In this document: piece by piece, positions 19,871 to 20,000 of the stretch | Layout of the letters: each line of letters begins with the position of its first letter | Numbering within the stretch: position 1 is the first letter of the stretch | Assembly (NCBI GenBank): GCA_002256025.1 | Contig: NKIB01012688.1 | Location: forward strand, 52,750-72,749 | DNA from: Asterionella formosa | Taxonomy: Eukaryota | Direction: 5' to 3' | Length of the DNA stretch: 20,000 nucleotides | The notes under the pieces: generated by a model | Database searches by the model: none | What the model saw: only the letters and a program-made list of their open reading frames with translations | Told to the model about the DNA's origin: nothing | Position numbers and translations under genes: made by a program

Positions 19871-19996
19871 GGTACCAGGTACCCTGGTACATGCCGGTAC
19901 AGATATACAGTATTCGTCATTTCACGCACACAGTTTGAAATCCTTTTAGTCGTGTATTATAATACCGGGTACCGGTAGATAAGTATTTACCGGTGC
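19871..19996. promoter_or_regulatory. Dense cluster of TACCGGTA/GGTACC-like motifs, possibly the promoter of a gene beyond the right edge
   Basis: ggtaccaggtaccctggtac (19871-19890), tgccggtac (19892), taccgggtaccggta (19963-19977) and taccggtg (19988). Confidence 0.4.
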
Positions 19997-20000
19997 ATGG

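Overview
Eukaryotic genomic DNA, most likely a diatom (inferred from the protein and transposon families, not from a marker gene). It holds the 5' end of a plant-type DNA topoisomerase VI subunit B gene (1-159, minus strand, missed by the ORF track) and five apparently intronless genes. These are a stand-alone STAND/AAA ATPase-TPR protein, three type II membrane proteins of glycan-modifying type (fucosyltransferase-like, SGNH-like, DxD glycosyltransferase-like), and a homologue of the Little Elongation Complex subunit ICE2/NARG2. Between the genes lie decayed DNA transposons: a two-gene PIF/Harbinger relic, an IS630/Tc1/mariner-type transposase relic, a MITE-like element and two related 20-bp repeat arrays. 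The most striking unexplained pattern is the palindrome TACCGGTA, with 12 exact copies and 11 of them intergenic. An exact copy or one-base variant lies within about 570 bp upstream of every gene start, and none lies in the two convergent 3' spacers, which makes it a candidate promoter element. All family assignments come from recalled motifs; no database search was run.
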